A DNA stretch of 64,000 bases from Fibrobacteria bacterium (GTDB taxonomy: Bacteria; Fibrobacterota; Fibrobacteria; UBA11236; JADFYW01), in the NCBI GenBank assembly GCA_050294405.1, contig JBNKOC010000007.1, forward strand, positions 1-64,000, in the 5' to 3' direction. A program made the translations under genes and the position numbers. This document shows, one piece after another, positions 9,429-19,036 of the stretch (within the stretch, counting starts at the first letter, position 1; each line of letters begins with the position of its first letter). The notes under the pieces are model-generated. The model saw only the letters and a program-made list of their open reading frames with translations, ran no database searches and was not told the DNA's origin.

Positions 9429-10712
9429 TTAGGGTTCCATTAATCGGTAAATAATTCCATCGGACATGGCTGCAAAATAAATATAGCCATCGGGACCTGT
9501 AACATAAGAGCTCACCTGATTTTGATGGATTAAATGGTTTCCAAGCCCATTGGATACTCCGGCTCCGTCCACAGAACGCACAAAGCCCTGGTAAAACTCT
9601 CCCCAGATTAAATGCCCACTCAATTTACCGCCATAGCGGCTTCCCCTGTAAATGGGCCCTGTCATTATGCTGGCTGATTCGGCATTGCAACTTCCGCAAG
9701 CGGGATCAGCATCTCTGAAACTGGTAGCCGGAGAGCGGGATCGTTCATAAGATAAAATGGGATCTGTAAAACCGCTTCCACCCCCAGGACCATCCTGGCT
9801 GCTCCAGCCGAAATTAATATCGTTGTCCCTATAGTTGAAACGGTTGATTTCTTCAAAGGAAGTTCCCACCTCGCCTAAATACACCGTGTTTCCATCTATG
9901 GACATCCTAAAAGGGTTGCGAAGGCCGATGGCCAAAAGTTCGGGACAGGGTTGCGGGCTGTCTGATGTATCATAACATTTAGGGTTGTCTGAATTAAACA
10001 TATTGCCCGAAGGTATGGTATAGCTGTATTCAGTGTTTGAGGTTAAATCGGGCATAATGCGGATAACCGCCCCCAGTAGGTCATTGTCAGTTTGGCCGTT
10101 TTCGGCGTTGCCCCCATCCCCTACGGAAGCTAAAAGCGATTTGTCAGGGGCAAATACCAAGCCTCCGCCGTTGTGATTCCCGGCACTGGAGGTTTTTCTA
10201 AAATCAATAACGCGCACAGGATTGGAAATTTGCAATTCCCCGTTTACAATATCGAGCCGAATACGGGAAATGGAATTTGTGGGGGAACTTGAACTGGTAT
10301 GGTATACAAAAGCTAATTTATTGCTAAGCCAATCGGGATGAAGCTCTATGTTTAACAGACCCTGCTCGCCACCCGAACGAACGGGCAGCTCCAAATCAGG
10401 CAAATTTACCACATTGGCTGCCTCGCAACCTCCGGTAAAATAATGGATATCGCCTATTTGGGTGGTAACCAGATAGTCACTGCTGTTTGGAATAAAGGCT
10501 ATATCCGTAGGACCGCCTGTTACACGATTGGTCATGGCCATTCTGCCATAGCCTGAGCTGACCCCAGGATCCAAAGCTATTGTGCCATCACCGCATTCTG
10601 GGTCGGGAACCTCCAGAATAATTCCGGTTCCTTTGTCCTCTGATTGGCAGGACCAAATAAAACAGACAGATAAAAACAGCAGGGCTAATTTACGAACCAT
10701 AACAAACCTCAA
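9429..10712 (-). CDS. PQQ-dependent sugar (glucose/sorbosone) dehydrogenase family lipoprotein
   Basis: GGEQGLLNIELHPDW, NHNGGGLVFAPD, GLRNPFRMS, EEIN, NFGW; lipobox IWSC. Confidence 0.85.
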   Translation of the reverse strand: MRFVMVRKLALLFLSVCFIWSCQSEDKGTGIILEVPDPECGDGTIALDPGVSSGYGRMAMTNRVTGGPTDIAFIPNSSDYLVTTQIGDIHYFTGGCEAANVVNLPDLELPVRSGGEQGLLNIELHPDWLSNKLAFVYHTSSSSPTNSISRIRLDIVNGELQISNPVRVIDFRKTSSAGNHNGGGLVFAPDKSLLASVGDGGNAENGQTDNDLLGAVIRIMPDLTSNTEYSYTIPSGNMFNSDNPKCYDTSDSPQPCPELLAIGLRNPFRMSIDGNTVYLGEVGTSFEEINRFNYRDNDINFGWSSQDGPGGGSGFTDPILSYERSRSPATSFRDADPACGSCNAESASIMTGPIYRGSRYGGKLSGHLIWGEFYQGFVRSVDGAGVSNGLGNHLIHQNQVSSYVTGPDGYIYFAAMSDGIIYRLMEP

Positions 10713-10812
10713 AAATTAAACTCAAACAAGGGGGGTATCGCTTACAGTATACAATTTCTCGTCTGCTAGAGGAGAAAAATGGAATAGACTGTTCTAATTT
10801 GGTTTAATTTGG

Positions 10813-11319
10813 CTAAACATTTTGGCTGATTTGCAGTTGCTCTTGGTTGTCGGCCTTTTTCTCCGGAAAAATTTCCTGCAACATGGTACGCCGGAATTCG
10901 AAAATTACTGCAAGTTGCTCTTTGATAAACAGCTTGTTTAATAAACGGCCAAACACACCCAGTGGCGGAATGTATGTGATTTTATCCACCATCAAGCAGC
11001 CGGAATCTTTGGGGTAAATGGAATGCTCATGATGCCACATTTTGTAAGGTCCGTGGCGTTGCTCATCCACAAAAAATTCGCCATTCACAACTTGAGTAAT
11101 TTCTGTAACCCAGTTGCTGGGAAAAAGGCCCATTATTTTCAGTTTGTAACCGATTATCATTCCCTTATACATTTTTACCTGGCCGTTGCCGGTTGTGATA
11201 TCAAAACCCATGTTGGGGGGCGTGATTTTTTTGAGGTTGAGGGGCGAACTGATAAAATCCCAAAGTTTTTCGGGGCTGGTGGGGATAAACTGTTTCTGAT
11301 AAATCTGGAAAAAAGACAC
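10813..11319 (-). CDS. SRPBCC (START-like) family protein
   Basis: LWDFISSPLNLKKITPP, WVTEIT, FVDEQRHGPYKMWHHEH; GTG start with GGAGG RBS. Confidence 0.88.
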   Translation of the reverse strand: MSFFQIYQKQFIPTSPEKLWDFISSPLNLKKITPPNMGFDITTGNGQVKMYKGMIIGYKLKIMGLFPSNWVTEITQVVNGEFFVDEQRHGPYKMWHHEHSIYPKDSGCLMVDKITYIPPLGVFGRLLNKLFIKEQLAVIFEFRRTMLQEIFPEKKADNQEQLQISQNV

Positions 11320-11344
11320 GGGGCCTCCTGTTTGTTTTACTCAT

Positions 11345-11373
11345 TCTACGGGGCAGACAGCTAAAAGGTTGGA
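11345..11373 (-). promoter_or_regulatory. Putative ECF-sigma promoter TCCAACC-N16-CGTAGA
   Basis: Same AACC-N16-CGTA geometry as the two promoters at 21.8-22.0 kb; 25 nt upstream of the SRPBCC start. Confidence 0.55.
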
Positions 11374-11491
11374 AAAATCGAAATCAAAGCCCCGTGTATA
11401 GTTAGAGGGTATTTTCACCTCCATATTCCCCCTTTTTTGAGTTATATTGCCTTTTCATTTTTCCAGTTTTCTTTTTCAGAGTCTACATTTC

Positions 11492-12679
11492 ATGACAGCA
11501 AATAGCCCATTATCCCAATTACAATGCCAACATTTTGGCGAATGCGGCGGCTGCCAATATCTTGATGTTAATTATAAGGAACAATTGCGATTAAAAAGAA
11601 AAAAGCTTGAGGAAACATTTTCCTTTTTACCCAAATTAAAAATTCCGGAAATTGTGGCCAGCCCTGAATACAGTTTTTACCGGCATAAATTGCAATTGCC
11701 TTTTGGTGTTTCTTCCCCTTCAAAAACCGCGCCATTGCAATTGGGTTGCCATGACAACCGCTTTCGAAAAGTTGTAAACCAGCAAGAGTGCGTTATCCAG
11801 GAAAATTCTCTTTCTCAAATCGCATACATCATTAGAAGTTGGGCCCAAAAAAACCATTTCAGCGCCTATAACCCCAAAACGGGCCAGGGCAATTTGAGGC
11901 ATATTCTGCTGAAAAAAGGTTGGGGCACAGGTGAAATTTTAATTGGCCTTGTATGCAATTTTGATAGAATACCCGGTATTCGGAACCTGGGGCGATCTTT
12001 ACTCCAGGATATCGAAAAAAAATTTAAGGGCAGCAAACCAAACATTGTGGGCATTGTGCAGAATATCAATCTGAGACAAACCAAAGTGGTATTGGGACAA
12101 AAGGAACAATGTTGGTGGGGACGCCCATTTTTATTTGAAACCATAGGCCAATACCGTTTTGCTCTGGGGCTTTCCAATTTTTTTCAAGTAAACCCCTATC
12201 AAACTCCGAATTTATACAATGAAGTGGCCAGCCATTTGGAAGGAAAACCCACATGCCTGGAATTTTATAGCGGCATTGGATCTATTTCTCTTTGGATATC
12301 CCAACATGCACAAAAGGTTGTGGCCATTGAAGAAAATCCCCAATCTGTTAGCGCAGCCCGTAAAGCAGCCGAAAAAAACCAGGTTGCAAATGTTACTTTT
12401 GTGGCAGGAAAAGCAGAGGAAAAAATAGCGCAATTTTCCAAGGAAGACTTTGATATAGCTATTTTTGACCCTCCCCGTAAGGGACTGCATCAATCTATGG
12501 TGGATGCCATCAAAAACTCCAGTTTTAAAAAGTTGGTCTATGTTAGTTGTAACCCAGAAACATTAGCCAGGGATGCGGGTTTTTTAAAAGCCCACTACAG
12601 GCTTTCAAAGCTAAAAGGCTTTGATATGTTCCCACATACAGAACATCTGGAATGTGTGGCAATGCTGGAAAGAAATTAG
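11492..12679 (+). CDS. rlmD: 23S rRNA m5U1939 methyltransferase RlmD/RumA
   Basis: CQHFGECGGCQ Fe-S motif, YRHKLQ, FFQVNP, FDPPRKGL, YVSCNPETLARD, FDMFPHTEHLEC; ATG 11492 preferred to TTG 11447. Confidence 0.92.
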   Translation: MTANSPLSQLQCQHFGECGGCQYLDVNYKEQLRLKRKKLEETFSFLPKLKIPEIVASPEYSFYRHKLQLPFGVSSPSKTAPLQLGCHDNRFRKVVNQQECVIQENSLSQIAYIIRSWAQKNHFSAYNPKTGQGNLRHILLKKGWGTGEILIGLVCNFDRIPGIRNLGRSLLQDIEKKFKGSKPNIVGIVQNINLRQTKVVLGQKEQCWWGRPFLFETIGQYRFALGLSNFFQVNPYQTPNLYNEVASHLEGKPTCLEFYSGIGSISLWISQHAQKVVAIEENPQSVSAARKAAEKNQVANVTFVAGKAEEKIAQFSKEDFDIAIFDPPRKGLHQSMVDAIKNSSFKKLVYVSCNPETLARDAGFLKAHYRLSKLKGFDMFPHTEHLECVAMLERN

Positions 12680-12687
12680 AAAAAATT

Positions 12688-12711
12688 GGCACCCGGATAA
12701 CTCCGGGTGCC
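12688..12711. terminator. GC-rich hairpin; U-tract is on the minus strand
   Basis: ggcacccgga-taac-tccgggtgcc, preceded by aaaaaatt on the plus strand. Confidence 0.65.
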
Positions 12712-12823
12712 TGGAATCTCACCAAATAAAGCAGGAATGAGTTAAGATTCAAATTTGAAGTCTTTAACCAATCCTATTTAATTGGCCCTATCTGCTTGCC
12801 CCGATTTGCGAAACAAGATTCCA
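12712..12823 (-). ncRNA. Candidate structured small RNA, family unidentified
   Basis: Nested complementary pairs tggaatct/agattcca, caaat/atttg, aagcag/ctgctt closing two inner hairpins; lies directly 5' of a minus-strand terminator. Confidence 0.35.
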
Positions 12824-12989
12824 AACCTTATAGCTGTATATAAATATTTATTCGAAATTTGGAATTTTTGATGTAAATTTTAAGCGGTTTTTTGCAAGCT
12901 TTTGTTTTTCCCTTAAAAATTCCTAGTATCTAGCCATTTACAGGTAATTTTTAGCATTAGGCAATGTAATTTTTAGTAAGCCTAAAAAA

Positions 12990-14084
12990 CTAAAACCGGG
13001 GAATAATAGCTTTGCTCCACCAGCCTTCACGCCCATTTATTTTGAGAAAACACAGCCCTGGCGGAATCTTATCCAAATTAACAATAGCCAGTCCCAGAGA
13101 ATTAAACTTGCCCTTAGTTAAAACCTTTCCCATTGGGCTAAGCAATATAAAATCCTTGACCCCATTCCCATTTTGGGCCAAATACAATTTCCCCGCCCGT
13201 TTAAACCACTTAACCTCCAGGTTATGTGGCTCTCTAATTTTCATGGGTTCGCAACTCCCATCATCTTCAATAGCCATAGGATTGTAATTTGACTTGCTTG
13301 AATCCATACATCCTTTGGCCAAAGGAGCAGATACATAATCCACCGCCTTTTCCCACATTTTTTGAAAAGTGACATTGTCAAAAATTCCAGAACCATTTCC
13401 CAATATATTTGTATATACATTGGATTTTTGGTATGTTCTGGTCCAGGAAATACCATTTTCAGCCAGCTCATGGGTGGATTTATAAATGTATTCATTACCC
13501 TCACTTTGTCCCCAATCCATATCGTAGTACAGTTCATCCCCCAAGCTAAGGGTGGCGGGCATATCCGCTGCCAGAGGATGGCCACTATCCACTAATTCCA
13601 GGGGGATGTTGCCAAAGTAGTACTTTGATATTATCCCATCGCTGTAATAATTTGCGCTGCGGTATTTTACCCCGGCAATTTTTTCAAACTCCGGCCAAAA
13701 AGGATAAGCCGCCACAGAATGATGCAACACCATAACCCCAACTCCTTTTTCAAGCAAACTTAAAAAATTTTGTTTGTGGGTTTCCGTTAAATTATTTCCA
13801 GGGTTTTGGTGGTTGTAAAAAGCAATTACATGGTACGTCCAATCAGATACATCCTCAAAAATTTCAGCCCCCGTGGCTTGGGGTTTATGGGTCCACTCCA
13901 CCTTTTCCATGGAATCCCAAATAGCGTTAAACTTTTCTATGTCGTAGTCATGCCCGCCTGTGAGCACCGCAACTTTTATTTTATCCGTAGTCTGGGAAAA
14001 TAAGACGGATAACCCGCAGCAAAAATGGAATAAAAAACGAGTCCATAAAAAAACTGGGCGTAATTTGATTTGCGCCATAAACAC
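12990..14084 (-). CDS. Secreted ThuA-like domain protein with C-terminal sorting-like domain
   Basis: VAVLTGGHDYD, GVGVMVLHHS, DELYY, ISWTRTY..SNVYTNILG; GCMDSSKSNYNPMAIEDDGSC motif; C-terminus with SPMGKV...PGLCFLKING. Confidence 0.75.
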   Translation of the reverse strand: MFMAQIKLRPVFLWTRFLFHFCCGLSVLFSQTTDKIKVAVLTGGHDYDIEKFNAIWDSMEKVEWTHKPQATGAEIFEDVSDWTYHVIAFYNHQNPGNNLTETHKQNFLSLLEKGVGVMVLHHSVAAYPFWPEFEKIAGVKYRSANYYSDGIISKYYFGNIPLELVDSGHPLAADMPATLSLGDELYYDMDWGQSEGNEYIYKSTHELAENGISWTRTYQKSNVYTNILGNGSGIFDNVTFQKMWEKAVDYVSAPLAKGCMDSSKSNYNPMAIEDDGSCEPMKIREPHNLEVKWFKRAGKLYLAQNGNGVKDFILLSPMGKVLTKGKFNSLGLAIVNLDKIPPGLCFLKINGREGWWSKAIIPRF

Positions 14085-14208
14085 TTCCCCCTACTCCCAT
14101 TATATCCCAGAGGGGGGCGAAAGTCCTTAGGAAATTAGTGGGAAACTTGTTTAAATTCGGCTTTTTTGAGTAGGTGGAGCTTTACCCCGGCCTTTAAATG
14201 GGAAAAAA

Positions 14209-14241
14209 TAACCGGGCAGTTTTGGATAAATTGCCCGGTTA
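14209..14241 (-). terminator. Intrinsic terminator of the TIGR02147-lipoprotein unit
   Basis: taaccgggcagttt-tggat-aaattgcccggtta with a T-run on the minus strand. Confidence 0.7.
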
Positions 14242-14258
14242 GGTGAGTAAGGATTGGG

Positions 14259-16214
14259 TTAATATTCTCCGATTAAATAATTCATATAATACCAAAGCAT
14301 GTTGGTGAGCCATTCATCGTTCTGCAAGTAATCCTCTTCATTAGCCCCCAGTGAAGTATAGAGCATTCTGCCATTTCCAATTTTTTTGGTCCAGGTTAAA
14401 ATTTGGTCCGGGTAGGCTTCATCTTCGGGCATCACTTTTTGAATGACCGTTACATCGGGATCATTCCTTAAATCAAAATCCTCATCCTGAATAAATTCAA
14501 ATATCTTTCCTTTCCAGGACATTGTGCTGTCGCTTTCAGAGTCACTCCACATGTTACTTAACGCAGGGTCTGACATGGCCTCTTCATCGACCGCAAGAGT
14601 AACTGTCTTTTCCTCATACATGTCGAACTGCGCCCCGCTCAACAAAGTATCCCCATACCAACCCCAATTGCCGCCGTGATCACTGGCCATGTAGAGCCCT
14701 AGCCAAGCTCCTCCATTGTTGATATAATCTATAAGGGCCTGTTTTGAACTTTCTTCAATTGCGGATTGGTCTGCGTTAGCGCTGAAATAAATAACTAAAT
14801 CGTAGGAATCCAAATCAGACAAGACGCTTTCATCATTAGTTCCGTAAAATTCGAATTGGTATTTGACGGTTAGTTTTTCCAAAGCACCCGTAAGTCCCCG
14901 AGCAGGGTCCTGGTTGTTCCACCCTCCAGCTTTTAAATATAATAAGACTTTTTTAAGCGCACCGGAGTTATTATCAATAACATCAGGATCTTCAGGGTTA
15001 TCTTTGATATAAACACTGTCGTAGGCTAGGTTGCCATCATCATCCATGGCTCTGAATATGCAAAGTAAGGGTTCGCAACAATTTTCTGGCACAGAAACTG
15101 ATATTGTACCATCCGATGTCAATTCAAACTCTCCATCGCCGATTTTCCATTCCTTCTTAACAATCTCGCCATCTTCATCACTGGCTTCACCGTATAAATA
15201 AACCGAATCTGATCCTGGTTCTCCATATTTCACTTTAATTGATACTAATGGAGGCAAGTTCGATTCTGTTTCAATATATATGCTATCCAAAGCTATATTG
15301 CCATCGTCATCGGTGACCCTGAAAATACAAAGTAATGGTTCACAACAGTATTCAGGTGGATAAATGGCTATTATGCTATCCAATGTTTCCTCAAATTCTC
15401 CATCGCCAATTTTCCATTCTTTTTTAACAATTTCGCCATCTTTATCGCTGCCACCACCGTACAAGTAAACTGAATCCGAGGCTGACCTATTATATAAGTC
15501 AGCATAAGCTATCGGAAGTGAATTCATAATTCTGATATTGGGAATTTTAACATCCCCGGCGTTGTCATTAAAATGTACGGTATCACTACGCCCAAGTAAT
15601 TCCTCATTAACATCGTAAACATTTATATAAATATCGTAGGAATTCACAGAATTTGAATTCGCAAAGAATATATAGCCGCTGTATTCCTCCACTGAAGTAT
15701 TGTAAAAGAACTCTTTAACTAGTAATATTTCCTTTTCACCTTCTCCAGCCAGTAAAACAGCTTCCACTTTCCCTAATTCATCTCTGTCTGTGAATATGGA
15801 ACCCGAAAAGTCCCTCTGTATTATTTTAACATCCGGTAGATTATCCACCCACTTGGTGATGTATCGTTTTGCCAGCTTTTGGTCCGCCTTTTCAAATATC
15901 ACCGTGTCTAAAACCTCATCTTCACTTCCAGATATTTTCGCAAGAGAATTTAAATCGCCTTCCAATTTGTAATTTCCTTCAGAATCTGTAACATCCGAAA
16001 GCCCTTTTTTATGAAGTCGAACAGTAATACCAGGCATGGGTTCATTAGCCTCATTAATAACACGGCCTGCAATTACAATGGCGTTGCCTGTTTCCACAAC
16101 CCCACTTGCCGAATCATCATCTTTGCCAAAAGGCATACAACCTATATAAAGGGGGATTATTAAAAATATATAAAACCATAGCTTATTGTTTTTTAAGTGA
16201 CTTTTGTTGATCAT
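14259..16214 (-). CDS. Lipoprotein: carboxypeptidase-regulatory-like Ig domain, two PKD-like repeats, C-terminal ThuA-like domain
   Basis: Lipobox YIGC; IAGRVINEANEPMPGITVRL...TDSEGNYKL; repeats SDxDGEIVKKEWKIGDG; GGAWLGLYMASD, TWTKKIGNGRMLYTSLG. Confidence 0.75.
   Translation of the reverse strand: MINKSHLKNNKLWFYIFLIIPLYIGCMPFGKDDDSASGVVETGNAIVIAGRVINEANEPMPGITVRLHKKGLSDVTDSEGNYKLEGDLNSLAKISGSEDEVLDTVIFEKADQKLAKRYITKWVDNLPDVKIIQRDFSGSIFTDRDELGKVEAVLLAGEGEKEILLVKEFFYNTSVEEYSGYIFFANSNSVNSYDIYINVYDVNEELLGRSDTVHFNDNAGDVKIPNIRIMNSLPIAYADLYNRSASDSVYLYGGGSDKDGEIVKKEWKIGDGEFEETLDSIIAIYPPEYCCEPLLCIFRVTDDDGNIALDSIYIETESNLPPLVSIKVKYGEPGSDSVYLYGEASDEDGEIVKKEWKIGDGEFELTSDGTISVSVPENCCEPLLCIFRAMDDDGNLAYDSVYIKDNPEDPDVIDNNSGALKKVLLYLKAGGWNNQDPARGLTGALEKLTVKYQFEFYGTNDESVLSDLDSYDLVIYFSANADQSAIEESSKQALIDYINNGGAWLGLYMASDHGGNWGWYGDTLLSGAQFDMYEEKTVTLAVDEEAMSDPALSNMWSDSESDSTMSWKGKIFEFIQDEDFDLRNDPDVTVIQKVMPEDEAYPDQILTWTKKIGNGRMLYTSLGANEEDYLQNDEWLTNMLWYYMNYLIGEY
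15005..15480 (-). repeat. Intragenic duplication of a ~70-aa PKD-like unit (approximate limits)
   Basis: SDSVYLYG..SDxDGEIVKKEWKIGDGEFE...CCEPLLCIFR..DDDGN.A.DS.YI occurs twice. Confidence 0.85.
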
Positions 16215-17053
16215 ATTTTAACCCCTTTACTACCATGTAAACTAATTGGAAATAATTGAAAACCTAATTGATAAACTCTATCTGGATTTTTTTCTTTTTC
16301 AATAATAGAAACCATTTTCTTTCTAAATAATTGAATCTCCTGTTTGATTTTTTGGGTGGCTTCCTGGCTTATCCCAAATGTCAGAGAGGAGATGTCTCTG
16401 AATTCCTGGTTAACTGTATCGATGGATTCAGCAGCCAGCTCCAGATTTTTTTTGTGAAACTTTTGAATGGCCAGGGCTTTCACTTCATTGCCTGTACTCA
16501 GGGCAGAATCGCTTTGGGCAAACCTCCCTGAGGCCAGTTTTTTTATAAAACCCATCTCCAGCAATAATTGAACAGCCTTTTTAGCCTGCCCAACAGTGAT
16601 TGGTGGAAATACCGCCTTAGCCAATTTATTATAATCCCCTGAAAAATTTTGAATTTGAATAATTTCCCGAATGGCAAGATGATACCAATTAGAATAAAAT
16701 TCAAATTGATTTTCACGGATTAACTTTGAGCTCCCATTTTTATTAAAGCTTTGCAGTTTTTCAAAATAGTATTCTTTTTCTTTGCTGTTTTTTGCTTCAT
16801 TGAAGAACACCAGGGTCTCGAAATACTCCGCCTCCTTTCCTTTAAGCTTTAGTCCCTGGCAAAGACTAAAAAGACCCGATTTTGGCAATGCCTTCTTTCC
16901 CTTAATAACATTATAGAGAAAGGTCTTGGTTTTGAATCCGCATCTAGATGCAAACTCCTGATACGAAAAATTTTTGCGCTGGCTTTTTTGATATTCATAG
17001 AAGTCAGCTAAAAACTTTCTGTAATTTGTGTATTTAAAAATGTTTGTTTCCAT
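16211..17053 (-). CDS. TIGR02147 family (HTH + DUF4423) protein, copy 1
   Basis: NIFKYTNYRKFLADFY, FSYQEFASRCGF, YFETLVFFNEAK, FYSNWYHLAIRE, RDISSLT, DRVYQLGFQLFP. Confidence 0.92.
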   Translation of the reverse strand: METNIFKYTNYRKFLADFYEYQKSQRKNFSYQEFASRCGFKTKTFLYNVIKGKKALPKSGLFSLCQGLKLKGKEAEYFETLVFFNEAKNSKEKEYYFEKLQSFNKNGSSKLIRENQFEFYSNWYHLAIREIIQIQNFSGDYNKLAKAVFPPITVGQAKKAVQLLLEMGFIKKLASGRFAQSDSALSTGNEVKALAIQKFHKKNLELAAESIDTVNQEFRDISSLTFGISQEATQKIKQEIQLFRKKMVSIIEKEKNPDRVYQLGFQLFPISLHGSKGVKI

Positions 17054-17255
17054 ATATCCAATATATGGAATCCATTCCTGGCAAACAACAGATTGGATGC
17101 AAATTTCGTTATCTTTTGGTTAACGAATTTAAGCTTAAATTGCTTAATTTAGCTAATTTTAGCTTTTTAAATAAAAAATCACCGTAATTCTCTTATTTTT
17201 TTGGTTACCAGATTATCGGACAGCCGTTGCCATTCTAAAATAAGTATGTCCAGTT

Positions 17256-17654
17256 CTATTTCACCCTTCGTTCGGAAAGATCATCCAATACCATATCCAA
17301 GGCGCGAGTTGAAATCAGAATTTCCCAAAAAGAAAAACAAAGAGAAAGCATTAATGTTATAACACTTCCTCCAAAAAACAATTTGCCTATACCCACTTTA
17401 TCGATAAAAATTAGAAACATGGAAAAAGTACACAGAAGAAAACTTCCCACACCCAAAGCCTGCATTATTTTTATGAGCTTAATGCGAAGGCGCAGTATGG
17501 GAATTTGTAAAAGTTCCAATTTGCGATGTTCCCCGCTTTTTCCCGCATGCATATCCCTTACAAGTTTAGCCAGTACTACAAAGCGGTTAGTGTATGCAAG
17601 CATAATTAAAGCAATGGCTCCAAATAATAATGCCGGTGTTCCTAAATTAATCAT
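17256..17654 (-). CDS. DUF2721-like membrane protein
   Basis: TPALLFGAIALIMLAYTNRF, LRLRIKLIKIMQ, EILISTRALD; 3 TM segments. Confidence 0.8.
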   Translation of the reverse strand: MINLGTPALLFGAIALIMLAYTNRFVVLAKLVRDMHAGKSGEHRKLELLQIPILRLRIKLIKIMQALGVGSFLLCTFSMFLIFIDKVGIGKLFFGGSVITLMLSLCFSFWEILISTRALDMVLDDLSERRVK

Positions 17655-17821
17655 CTGATTTTTGGGTTAAACTCCACTAATATTCCCTAATAAACTAGAA
17701 GCTTGCGCTTCAATTCGCAATTTAAAAAGCTCCTTATAACTAAATGGCATTTTAGGCCTTCTTTTCTTGGGCCTTGGTCATTTTAATTTTAGAATACTGA
17801 GGTGGCAGGAAAATATTAGAA

Positions 17822-18958
17822 ATGAAACATAAAAAAAAGAAAATTGGGGTAAGCCTAATCCTGGCGATGCTTTTGGGAGGATATATGATTAGCGGTTGTG
17901 CGGCTTTTGGAACTTCTCCCTCCAAGGACAGAATAGAATCCTTTATAAAATCCAAAAACTTCAATCTGGAAAAGCGCATATTTCAAAATCGTCAGCCCCA
18001 ACTCATTGAAGAAATGAAAAAAAACACCAAGAGCTGGGGTATGATAAAAGACTGGTTTAAAGGTGGGCCCAACCGAACCCCTGAGTTTAAACTTCCTGAA
18101 GAAAAACCCGATTTTACAAAATTTATGGAAGGCGATAACCAACTCAAAATTATCTGGTTTGGCCATTCAAGCTTCTTGGTCAATATGGAAGGAACCAGCA
18201 TTTTGGTAGACCCTGTATTTTCAGGCAGTGTGGCCCCTGTGAGCTTTATGGTTAAGCGCTTTCAAAAACCCGTTGTGGAACTATCCGAATTGCCCGAAAT
18301 CGATTACATATTAATTTCCCATGATCATTATGACCATCTGGATATGCATACCATCAAATTTTTTGTGGATAAAAAAACCAAATTCATTGCACCTTTGGGA
18401 GTAGGCTCCCACTTGGAAGGCTGGGGAATTGAAAAAAGCAGAATCACCGAAAAGGATTGGTGGGAAAACCACACTGTGGATAACATCGAATTTATTTCGA
18501 CCCCAGCCCAACACTTTTCCGGCCGGGACGGCATTCATAACGATATTACTTTGTGGTGTTCCTGGGTGGTACGAACCAAAAATCATAACATCTATTTTAG
18601 CGGAGATTCAGGCTATGATATTCATTTTAAGGATATCGGAAATAAGTACGGCCCTTTTGATCTTGCTTTTATAGAAAGCGGCCAATACAATTCCCGCTGG
18701 GAAGCCGTCCACCTTATGCCAAAAAATTTCATTTCAGCTTACCAGGATCTTAAGGCCAAAAAATATTTTCCTGTGCATTGGGGCATGTTTGAATTGGCCC
18801 TCCACGAATGGGATGAGCCCATTAAATTTTTATTTGACCGCCATTTAAATGGAGACGTTAACCTTATTGCACCCAAGATTGGAGAAATTATTAACCCATT
18901 GGATAGCGTTAATATTAGCACTTGGTGGGAACAAAATAAACTAGCCAGCCAAAAATAG
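17822..18958 (+). CDS. MBL-fold metallo-hydrolase lipoprotein (RomA/NAPE-PLD-like)
   Basis: WFGHSSFL, ISHDHYDHLD, TPAQHFSGR, YFSGDSGY, PVHWGMFEL; lipobox ISGC. Confidence 0.88.
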   Translation: MKHKKKKIGVSLILAMLLGGYMISGCAAFGTSPSKDRIESFIKSKNFNLEKRIFQNRQPQLIEEMKKNTKSWGMIKDWFKGGPNRTPEFKLPEEKPDFTKFMEGDNQLKIIWFGHSSFLVNMEGTSILVDPVFSGSVAPVSFMVKRFQKPVVELSELPEIDYILISHDHYDHLDMHTIKFFVDKKTKFIAPLGVGSHLEGWGIEKSRITEKDWWENHTVDNIEFISTPAQHFSGRDGIHNDITLWCSWVVRTKNHNIYFSGDSGYDIHFKDIGNKYGPFDLAFIESGQYNSRWEAVHLMPKNFISAYQDLKAKKYFPVHWGMFELALHEWDEPIKFLFDRHLNGDVNLIAPKIGEIINPLDSVNISTWWEQNKLASQK

Positions 18959-19036
18959 AGAACAACCTTATTCCAAGCTGCGAGAAAAATTTTTAAAAAA
19001 TTTATTATCGTGGATTTAGACGGGGCGTGCGAATTT

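Noticed and set aside
12712..12823. Identification as SRP RNA, 6S RNA, tRNA or a known riboswitch
   Set aside because: No SRP GNRA-loop helix context, shorter and more branched than typical 6S, no TTC arm or CCA, and no aptamer consensus recognised
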